Of a stretch of 64,000 nucleotides of DNA, positions 36,178 through 43,832 are shown one piece after another. How positions within the stretch are numbered: position 1 is the first letter of the stretch; each line of letters opens with the position of its first letter. Below the pieces are notes generated by a model that searched no databases, was not told the origin of the DNA, and saw nothing but the letters and a program-made list of their open reading frames with translations. Origin of the DNA: a virus; IMG/VR virus record IMGVR_UViG_3300014913_000759, positions 1 through 64,000 of that record. The stretch is one strand, 5' to 3'. Position numbers and translations under genes: made by a program.

Positions 36178-36492
36178 CTAATCATTCACCAATTTGAAAT
36201 TATCAACTAGAACTTCTGTCCAATACTTGTACTCAGAATTTCCACATCCACGACAGGAACCTTCATACCTTCTCTCTTCTATATGCCCATGAATCTTAAC
36301 AAAAGTATTTGAAGGCAGCTCAGCCAAACTTTCAGCAAGATCTTGCCAGGCTGCGATCTTAATGTATTGGAACTTACCACCCTCTAGTGGTATTGCTATC
36401 TTAGCTTTGAACAATTTACTATTGTTTCCTACCGTTTTAAAATCCGGATAAACAATCTTACCAATTAGTTCTACAAAATTTGAACCCTCCAC
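36178..36492 (-). CDS. ssb: Single-stranded DNA-binding protein (OB fold)
   Basis: NFVELIG...I.AW..LAE...VKIHGHI..R.Y...TEV. Confidence 0.78.
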   Translation of the reverse strand: MEGSNFVELIGKIVYPDFKTVGNNSKLFKAKIAIPLEGGKFQYIKIAAWQDLAESLAELPSNTFVKIHGHIEERRYEGSCRGCGNSEYKYWTEVLVDNFKLVND

Positions 36493-36503
36493 AGGATCAC
36501 CTC

Positions 36504-37529
36504 CTAAACATAACCATTCAAATAAGATTTAAGTGTTTCTTCATCAAGATCGGCAGGGTCCTTTCCCTCTTCAACCATAAAGATGGTATAGATATTCTCT
36601 ATCTTACCTCTGAGTTCCTCTACTGCTCTAACCATTCCAGCTGCTCCAGGTGGATCACAATCAAAGAACAACACAATCCCCTTTGGTGCATACGTAAAAA
36701 GGAGATTACATTGGCCCGATGTTATGTGAGCACCCATCACGGCTCCGACATTTTTAATACCCATCTGATGTAAACGCCAAACAGACTTAAAACCTTCCAC
36801 TATTATAAGTGGCTTGTCTTTCAGATGTGCTTTGGCGTTATGTAAATTATAAATCACTTTATCTTTATCAAAACCTGTTGTGTGGATGTATTTAAAATCA
36901 TCGTCGTCCACATTATCTCTTACATCACGCAGACTGTAACCTACGAGTTTTTCATTAACGTCTCTTATAGGAATAACACCTCTTATGTAACCGTGACTAT
37001 CTGTATAGCCGCCGGCTATCTCAAAAAAGTCCAACGTTTCCCTGGAAAATCCTTTGCGAAGAAAATAATCTGTCCTAAGTCCCTTGAACTGTCGGAGGCA
37101 CTCTTCCGTGACTATCTCCGAATTAGATCGGGGCTTCCTTCTAGACTTTATAAACGCTTCTTTTTCTTTTTTCCTTTTATGTTCAAGATAATCACTGCTT
37201 CCAATATCACCAGTTATCGATTTTAGGTGGCGAACGGCGTCCATGAAATCTACGTTCATTCCGCCCTTTACCAAACCAATTATATCATTACCAAAGACTT
37301 CGTGACAACGGTGTGAAAAACAAACCCAAGTCCTTGTGTCTTTGTTAAATCTAAACGAGGTTTGGTTGTCGCCTCCGTGTATCTTACAGGCACCCCTAAT
37401 CTCTTTTCCAGACTCACGTGTTACACTAAAACCCAACGACTCGAGCAGATATCTAGGATCTACACTCTCCTTGAGTTTGTCCAACATCAATTTAAAATCT
37501 TCTTTATTTGAGTTCTTCATCACTGCCAT
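36504..37529 (-). CDS. dnaG: DNA primase (CHC2 Zn finger + TOPRIM)
   Basis: CKIH...SF...CF..C; IPIRD..G...R; KY; VEG; FFDCD.PG; KDPAD. Confidence 0.9.
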   Translation of the reverse strand: MAVMKNSNKEDFKLMLDKLKESVDPRYLLESLGFSVTRESGKEIRGACKIHGGDNQTSFRFNKDTRTWVCFSHRCHEVFGNDIIGLVKGGMNVDFMDAVRHLKSITGDIGSSDYLEHKRKKEKEAFIKSRRKPRSNSEIVTEECLRQFKGLRTDYFLRKGFSRETLDFFEIAGGYTDSHGYIRGVIPIRDVNEKLVGYSLRDVRDNVDDDDFKYIHTTGFDKDKVIYNLHNAKAHLKDKPLIIVEGFKSVWRLHQMGIKNVGAVMGAHITSGQCNLLFTYAPKGIVLFFDCDPPGAAGMVRAVEELRGKIENIYTIFMVEEGKDPADLDEETLKSYLNGYV

Positions 37530-38889
37530 GGTTTACTACTTTCTCCCCGTAGGGTATAAGCTGATCAGTTATATCGGCCTCTTTGATAAGAAGCTTGGTC
37601 TTTTTAAATTTATAACTGATGCCTTGCTCTGGAGTCCTACCTCCACGCCTCGAATCCTTAATAACCAGCTTCATCTGACCACTATTTGGGCCGGCGTCTT
37701 CTATTTCTTCCGGCGGACGCTCCATCCAATGCATTATTATGTCAGCAAACCAAGAAATTCTATCGCTGCCTGCGACGTCGCCATCTCTGTTGATCTGTGC
37801 TGCGGCGAAAAACGGAATGCTCAAACGACCTGCCAAATCCTTAAGTCTTGTAGTTACATCACCAAGAATCTGCCACTCTCTGCGGGCACGATCTATGCTG
37901 CTTGTGTCTGGTTCTTTAATGTAATCAAAGAAACCCACACCAATATTCTCTTTTATTTTATATTTCTTATACAACGCGGTCAACTTGTCTATTGAATAAC
38001 CAGGCATGTGCTCATGGAAAAGCTTTCCTTTTTTAATTATTCGCACGCCTTGTTTGATTTTATTATATGTCTCAGCGTCGTAACCACCGTGTTTAATAAC
38101 ACGCTCCTCCACACCAGTTAACATGGCAATTATTCTTGGTCGCCACTCTTCAAAGTTCATCTCTGTATCAACATATAGCACTGGGATCTGAAGCCTGTAC
38201 GCTATGTGGGCAGCCACGTTGGATAAAAATGTACTTTTACCCATCTTTTTCCTGGCTGATATAACCGTGAGTGTTCCGGGGACTAGACCATCAATTTGGA
38301 AATCCAAAATTCGATACCCAGTGGAGATACCACTCATCTCTACTGGATTGGATCTTCTTTCTTCTATGTAGTCCATCAAACCATCTGCCATGTCTCGTGG
38401 CTCTGCAATAGACTTGGCACGTGTGGAGAGATCCATAACCTTGGACTCTACTAACCCTATTAAATCCTCGCTGGTTTTGCCGGTTTTAGCGTTCTCAGCG
38501 AGGGCATCCATGCTCATAAGCAGATCTCTGTGAAGTCTGTACTTGGTGCTGGACTCCATAACCGTATCTACATAGTGATTTAGATTCGCCTGCTCGAGGG
38601 GCATGTCAGCAATGCTTTCTATATAATCATACCCACCTATGTTTTTTAAAACACCGTTTGCTGTTGCTTCGTTCACAATGGTGGACACATCAAACTTTTC
38701 CAATCCACCCTTGTCGACCAGCATCTTAAGTATGGTATAAATTGCACGGTGGTCTGGATATAGAAAGTCGCTCTCTTCTACCTTAGAGCAGATCGTGTAA
38801 AAATTGTCTGCCCTTTTAATCGCATAACTCAGTAGAGCACGCTCATCGCCTGGCTTACAGAATAATTCTCTTGCTTCTTCTGCCGTCAT
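37504..38889 (-). CDS. dnaB: DnaB replicative helicase
   Basis: ARKKMGKST, DTEM, FDYI, AQINR, SRRG. Confidence 0.93.
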   Translation of the reverse strand: MTAEEARELFCKPGDERALLSYAIKRADNFYTICSKVEESDFLYPDHRAIYTILKMLVDKGGLEKFDVSTIVNEATANGVLKNIGGYDYIESIADMPLEQANLNHYVDTVMESSTKYRLHRDLLMSMDALAENAKTGKTSEDLIGLVESKVMDLSTRAKSIAEPRDMADGLMDYIEERRSNPVEMSGISTGYRILDFQIDGLVPGTLTVISARKKMGKSTFLSNVAAHIAYRLQIPVLYVDTEMNFEEWRPRIIAMLTGVEERVIKHGGYDAETYNKIKQGVRIIKKGKLFHEHMPGYSIDKLTALYKKYKIKENIGVGFFDYIKEPDTSSIDRARREWQILGDVTTRLKDLAGRLSIPFFAAAQINRDGDVAGSDRISWFADIIMHWMERPPEEIEDAGPNSGQMKLVIKDSRRGGRTPEQGISYKFKKTKLLIKEADITDQLIPYGEKVVNHGSDEELK

Positions 38890-39356
38890 TATGAATACCT
38901 TTCTTTCCTGACCGTATAAAGCTCGTTCTCTCTCCTTGTTAGTTCACGTTTTAGTGTTGCAACAAGATCTGATATGGTTTTATCTATGCCTTCTACCAAA
39001 ACCAACTCATCTCTTATGCTATTAATCGCCTTGCTTATAACTTTTAACGTGTCAGATGTATCTATAATATGTATCGTCGCTGCTTGTTTAGTCTTACATT
39101 TCTTTAAAATCTCTTTGTTCTCCAAAATAATTTTATTTACTTCTGAGTCCAAAACTCTCTGTTTTTGATGCATATTAACTTTAGATTGATTTATCTCAGA
39201 TCTAAAATATACTAAATACTGCGAAAGTGCTGTTGCATATTTGCTGACAGTGGCGCTGTCCAGCGTGTCTAATTTCCTAACGTCGAACGCCATTATTGAT
39301 TCTATGTACTCAATATCTGGTTTTATATTCATATGTAACAACATTCCTTTATCCAT
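38889..39356 (-). CDS. Coiled-coil hypothetical protein (possibly UvsY-like recombination mediator)
   Basis: Long helical protein between DnaB and RecA; functional guess is from context only. Confidence 0.5.
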   Translation of the reverse strand: MDKGMLLHMNIKPDIEYIESIMAFDVRKLDTLDSATVSKYATALSQYLVYFRSEINQSKVNMHQKQRVLDSEVNKIILENKEILKKCKTKQAATIHIIDTSDTLKVISKAINSIRDELVLVEGIDKTISDLVATLKRELTRRENELYTVRKERYS

Positions 39357-39637
39357 TATGACACCTCTTCATCAACGCCTTGGATCTCGACATAACTTTC
39401 TGGATAGATTCCCGTACAAAAGTAATCAAACGCCTCTTCTCCGGTTTCCATGTCCCTGAACTTATGCCAATGTGATATATACCCTTTTTTATTTCCGTCC
39501 ATTTGTCGACAACCCAAAGAAAACTCGCAATATATTGGGTCGCCCGTCTTGGTTCCATCTTTTAATGGGCACCAATCAGGACAGTCCTTACCGCGTTTAA
39601 TTGGATCTCTTTCTTCTGGAATTAATATATTACTCAT
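39356..39637 (-). CDS. Cys-rich hypothetical protein
   Basis: CPDWCP...C....C...C; coupled ORF. Confidence 0.55.
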   Translation of the reverse strand: MSNILIPEERDPIKRGKDCPDWCPLKDGTKTGDPIYCEFSLGCRQMDGNKKGYISHWHKFRDMETGEEAFDYFCTGIYPESYVEIQGVDEEVS

Positions 39638-39983
39638 AGAACCCTTCCTCTAAGGCCATATACAGCTTGTGCCTTATTAATTCCTCTGTTATTTCTTCGT
39701 AGTGATGAAATCTCGTAAATGAGATATCATTCTCCTGTGCATACTCGATCTTAATATTGTCACGATTTTTTTGTGCGATAAGTTTTTGCTTATCACCGTG
39801 AAAATACTTAATAAACCGAGTATGCTGTTCTCCTTGAACTTCTACTAGAATTCCAAGGTCTCGTATAAAGAAATCAAAAAACAACTTCTCTCCCTTATAC
39901 TTGACATAATACTCTTTTAAGATGACATTTCGAGGAAAAACTTTCCTGATCAGTTTGTAAACTTTGTCACTAATTCGACTCAT
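39630..39983 (-). CDS. Small PD-(D/E)XK endonuclease (DUF559/Vsr-like)
   Basis: FDFF...VEVQGEQH...QKNRD..K. Confidence 0.8.
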   Translation of the reverse strand: MSRISDKVYKLIRKVFPRNVILKEYYVKYKGEKLFFDFFIRDLGILVEVQGEQHTRFIKYFHGDKQKLIAQKNRDNIKIEYAQENDISFTRFHHYEEITEELIRHKLYMALEEGFYE

Positions 39984-41028
39984 AATACTCCTTTAAACCA
40001 GTCATGAAAATAATTTTTTCTCTTATGTCCTCGTACAGATCTGTGTCTTCTTTCAATAATTCCTTGACATTCTCCTCACCTTGACCAAGCTTTCGATCAC
40101 CATAACTATACCAAGAACCGTTTCTATCGATGATACCAAGACTTATTCCCAACGTGAGTGCCTCCCAATGCAAGTCAAAGCCCTTGCCGTAAATCAAAGG
40201 GACTTGTGCCTTCCTATAAGGAGGTGCTAGTTTGTTCTTTACTACTTCAATCTTAGAGTGGTGGCCAATGGCTTCACCAGAGACGGGATCTATAATTCTA
40301 TTGGACTTATATTCGGCTCCCTTAATAGATATCCGGCCTGTTGCGAAGAAAGGAAGCGCTTCGCCGCCGGTTGGAGTTTCTGGATTGCCCATACCTCCAA
40401 CCTTATATCGGATTTGGTTGATAAAAATAACAAGTGTGTTTGTTTCATTAGCAATAGGTGTAATTTTTCTTAGTGCCTTGCTCATGAGGCGTGCGTGTAA
40501 GCCGATGAATGTATCATCCATATCGCCTTCCGCTTCTGCCTTTGGAATTAATGCACTTACAGAGTCGATTACCACCAAATCTACTGATGATGTCTTTAGG
40601 AGCGTTTCAGCCGCGTCAAGATTGTCCTCACCTGAATAGCCTTGAACAACGAGAATATCATCCAAGTTAGCCCCCATTTTCTTAACCAATGATGGGTCTA
40701 ATGCGTGTTCAGCATCTATAATAGCAGTGATTAGGCCACGGTTCTGTGCTTCGATCAGTGTGTGTAGTGCTAATGTGGTTTTTCCGCCAGATGGATTACC
40801 ATAAATCTCATAAACTCTTCCTCTTGCCATCCCACCTCTTCCCAAAGCTATGTCCACGCTTAAACTGCCTGTGGATATAGTAGGGATGATCATATCACTA
40901 TGATCACTAAGATAGCTTACAATGCTCCCATACTTCTTCTGTATCGCTTTTTTGGCGATGTCAAAACCAGTTGGGGTTTTGGCAGCGGAGCCCTTCGGCT
41001 CCGCCGCTGCTTTCTTCTTTTTAGGCAT
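39970..41028 (-). CDS. recA: RecA recombinase
   Basis: GNPSGGKTT, DAEHALD, DSVSAL, ARLMSKALRK, FINQIR, KNKLAPP. Confidence 0.98.
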   Translation of the reverse strand: MPKKKKAAAEPKGSAAKTPTGFDIAKKAIQKKYGSIVSYLSDHSDMIIPTISTGSLSVDIALGRGGMARGRVYEIYGNPSGGKTTLALHTLIEAQNRGLITAIIDAEHALDPSLVKKMGANLDDILVVQGYSGEDNLDAAETLLKTSSVDLVVIDSVSALIPKAEAEGDMDDTFIGLHARLMSKALRKITPIANETNTLVIFINQIRYKVGGMGNPETPTGGEALPFFATGRISIKGAEYKSNRIIDPVSGEAIGHHSKIEVVKNKLAPPYRKAQVPLIYGKGFDLHWEALTLGISLGIIDRNGSWYSYGDRKLGQGEENVKELLKEDTDLYEDIREKIIFMTGLKEYYESN

Positions 41029-41042
41029 TTAGGGTATGCTCC

Positions 41043-41891
41043 TTATTCGCCTTTACCAGCTTCGTCACGAGAGGTGTCGATAGCCATGGTATGCTCGTCT
41101 CTATCTCTTTTACTCTTTCTCATATCGGCGCACTTCACGGATGTGTAGTTGTCGTCGAACAAGAAATTGAACACCTGATCTTCCAAGAAGCTGTAGATCG
41201 AGGTGATCGGAATAAAATAGGAAAGATGCGTGATAGCATCAGCGGAGAAGCCGCCCATGTTAACAGCGATTCTACTTGGAATACCGATAAATTCATACGT
41301 ATCGGCCAAGTAAAGTGATCCACCAGAATTTCCGTAGATCGTAGGAGCAGTAGACAACCAATATGGATAGTTGTCGATGATGTCAGTAAAACCTGTGAGA
41401 TTACCCTTGGTCGCCAGCGGTGGATGCCCCATGCCACAACCAACAGCGTAAACGTCCATAAACATCTTAAGACGTTTTTTGTGTTCGTCTTTAGGGAACA
41501 CGGTCGCTACAAACTCAAAAGGCTTGGTGCTTCTTACCCTGAGCAACGCGAGGTCCATGTCCTTATCGTAACACATAATTTCCGCTTTGTAGGCACTGTG
41601 GCCACTTTCCCAAGAACCGTACTCAAAATCAAACAACTCTACCGTACAGTCGGCCAGGACGTCAGTCTTGACCTCTCTCTTAAGTAGTGTGCTCCACTTC
41701 TTCTCAACGCGAATATTGTCGTTGATGACGTGGCAATTTGTCAGAACATAAGTTTCATGTCCTTCTTCGGGGCTCCCTTCAGGAACTGGTTTACTATAAA
41801 TGACCGTACCAGAGCCGCCGGCCTTGTCAGTTCTTACTCTAACCGTCGGATAGAGTAGATTTTCATGTCTCTCTTTCAAAAGATCGTCCAT
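41043..41891 (-). CDS. Trypsin-like serine protease, no signal peptide
   Basis: GSG, TNCHVI, DLALL, GNSGG catalytic triad. Confidence 0.9.
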   Translation of the reverse strand: MDDLLKERHENLLYPTVRVRTDKAGGSGTVIYSKPVPEGSPEEGHETYVLTNCHVINDNIRVEKKWSTLLKREVKTDVLADCTVELFDFEYGSWESGHSAYKAEIMCYDKDMDLALLRVRSTKPFEFVATVFPKDEHKKRLKMFMDVYAVGCGMGHPPLATKGNLTGFTDIIDNYPYWLSTAPTIYGNSGGSLYLADTYEFIGIPSRIAVNMGGFSADAITHLSYFIPITSIYSFLEDQVFNFLFDDNYTSVKCADMRKSKRDRDEHTMAIDTSRDEAGKGE

Positions 41892-41906
41892 AGTGTTCTC
41901 CTTTCA

Positions 41907-42512
41907 TTAATCCAAATTTCTTTCAATTTCATCCAAATCCCCGAAGCCGTCTGGCTCGGCATCGTATACTTTTTCCAAGTCTTCGATGTATTTCTTCCTC
42001 CTTTCTTCAGCGGTTTTTAGTTTGTTCTTATTTATTATCTGTATCGCTTTATCAGTTATCCAACCACAATTCTTTTGACCCAATATACCAAACGATATAG
42101 GAACAGTAAAATTAAACTCAGCTTCGTGATTAAAAATAGTGTCTATTATTTCGGCACACTCTTGAAGAGCGGCCTTGAAACCATAACCACAAGCATCCAT
42201 TCTAGATTTCACCAAAGCGCTGGCAAGTTTTCTGTGTTGTGCAAGATTTCTGTAACTGGTTTTCAGCTCAGGATGGAGCCTGTCAGATAAACCATAGAAA
42301 TGAAATATAAGATCATCCAATTTACTTATATTTGTGTGTGTTGGCTTGTCTGGTTCGACTACCTTAAACCCTTTGTACCTTAGATACTTTACACAGGCCT
42401 GCGACAACACTTTGTGCTTCTCTTCCACACTAGTGAACAAAGCACCTTGCTCCAGATCTTTAAGGGCCTCGGAAATTTCTTCTAAGATTACCTCAAGTGG
42501 TTTTTTGGCCAC
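41907..42512 (-). CDS. Hypothetical protein
   Basis: AGGAGGAG RBS, GTG start. Confidence 0.65.
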   Translation of the reverse strand: MAKKPLEVILEEISEALKDLEQGALFTSVEEKHKVLSQACVKYLRYKGFKVVEPDKPTHTNISKLDDLIFHFYGLSDRLHPELKTSYRNLAQHRKLASALVKSRMDACGYGFKAALQECAEIIDTIFNHEAEFNFTVPISFGILGQKNCGWITDKAIQIINKNKLKTAEERRKKYIEDLEKVYDAEPDGFGDLDEIERNLD

Positions 42513-42514
42513 GG

Positions 42515-43651
42515 CTATCTCCTCCTGATTGGTGTAATCAGGGCTTTCTGATCCTGGAAATTGCCGGAATCAAATATAAAAACGCCTTTTTCGTCTGAGA
42601 ATTTTATGAGTACTTTATCGTCATTGATGGCTTCTACTGTTTGATAGAGGAACTTACCATTAATATCGATAACAAATCCTTGTGTGTACTCAACATCAAA
42701 ATCACATTCGAAGCTGGCGTCATCATTGTACAGCTTTATTTTTCCATTTTGAATCTCAAATGTTAATCGATGATTATCATCACTATTTAACAGCTCTGTG
42801 AACGGAGAGATCACGCCCATCAAAGCCTCCTTGTCTGCCGAGATGGTGTGCTCAAAAGTATCCAGAACCTGTTTATACTGCGGATAGTCCTGACCAATAA
42901 CCAACCAACCATGAAAAACCACGTCTTCAAACTTGGCTTTTATTTCTCGGCCATCTATCTCAAAAAATATCTGTGTCTCCTCACCCAAGGCTCTCCTCAA
43001 ACCCATTATAAAATCGTATCTTAGAATAAAACTTTTGCCAACTAGGTCATTGTTATTCTTAACAGAATACTCCGAAAGAATACGGCCGTTGGTGCCACAA
43101 AAATAGATGTCATCCTCACTAAAAGAAACACTCATTCCTTGGATAAACGTCCTCTGCTCTGTCGGATCCATCGCATAAATAACTTTGCTGACTGCTTTTT
43201 TAAAGATACTTGAATTTAGAATGAAGTTTGCTTTGCCGAATGGCTTAGGCTTTTGCAGTCTCATGTCGTTGAAGGTGTCTAACTTCAGGCTTCCTCGGGA
43301 CTTCTTTCCGTTCTCATGGACAGTCTTGACTGTGACTTTAAGATGCTCATCATAAACAAAACGCACATCTTTGGTGCCATATTCGCCGTCCCATGGAGTA
43401 AAAGAACTTGCAAAAGACTTGATCTTACCATAAAGGGTGGTAACAGAGCCAGGCTTGCTGACCTCTGCCTTTTCGGAGAGAACCGTGATGGCCGTAGAGC
43501 TATTATTCGAGACAAAAAGGACGGTATTGTCCTCTTTGGCCTCAATAAAAACTTGACCGGTAAAGTCGTTGACATTGACTTTAGCGGTCACGGCTAACAA
43601 CCTAATAATCCTCTGTAACTCCTTAGTCTCAATACAAAAATCCATGCTCAC
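42515..43651 (-). CDS. dnaN: DNA polymerase sliding clamp (beta)
   Basis: 378 aa; R..IQG, GTNGRILS, YPQYKQV, INGKFL, ALITPIR. Confidence 0.88.
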   Translation of the reverse strand: MSMDFCIETKELQRIIRLLAVTAKVNVNDFTGQVFIEAKEDNTVLFVSNNSSTAITVLSEKAEVSKPGSVTTLYGKIKSFASSFTPWDGEYGTKDVRFVYDEHLKVTVKTVHENGKKSRGSLKLDTFNDMRLQKPKPFGKANFILNSSIFKKAVSKVIYAMDPTEQRTFIQGMSVSFSEDDIYFCGTNGRILSEYSVKNNNDLVGKSFILRYDFIMGLRRALGEETQIFFEIDGREIKAKFEDVVFHGWLVIGQDYPQYKQVLDTFEHTISADKEALMGVISPFTELLNSDDNHRLTFEIQNGKIKLYNDDASFECDFDVEYTQGFVIDINGKFLYQTVEAINDDKVLIKFSDEKGVFIFDSGNFQDQKALITPIRRR

Positions 43652-43714
43652 AAATCCTTTCTCTATCGTTGTCTTCTACCTTAATAAGGTTAGTTTATTC
43701 GTGCCCTTATCTAC

Positions 43715-43742
43715 ATTATAAGCATAATTCGACTTTTGTCAA
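43715..43742 (-). promoter_or_regulatory. Consensus promoter TTGACA-N16-TATAAT for the replication module
   Basis: Perfect hexamers; followed by RTAGATA as at 15018. Confidence 0.75.
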
Positions 43743-43796
43743 GGGCTTTTTTAATTTTTTTTTAAAAAAAATTTAAAACACTAACCCATGGTTTAA

Positions 43797-43824
43797 AACA
43801 TAATACAGGATTTGTATTTGTCAA
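43797..43824 (-). promoter_or_regulatory. Tandem promoter TTGACA-N16-TATGTT
   Basis: Matches the 7390-7417 element. Confidence 0.6.
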
Positions 43825-43832
43825 GAAAAATT

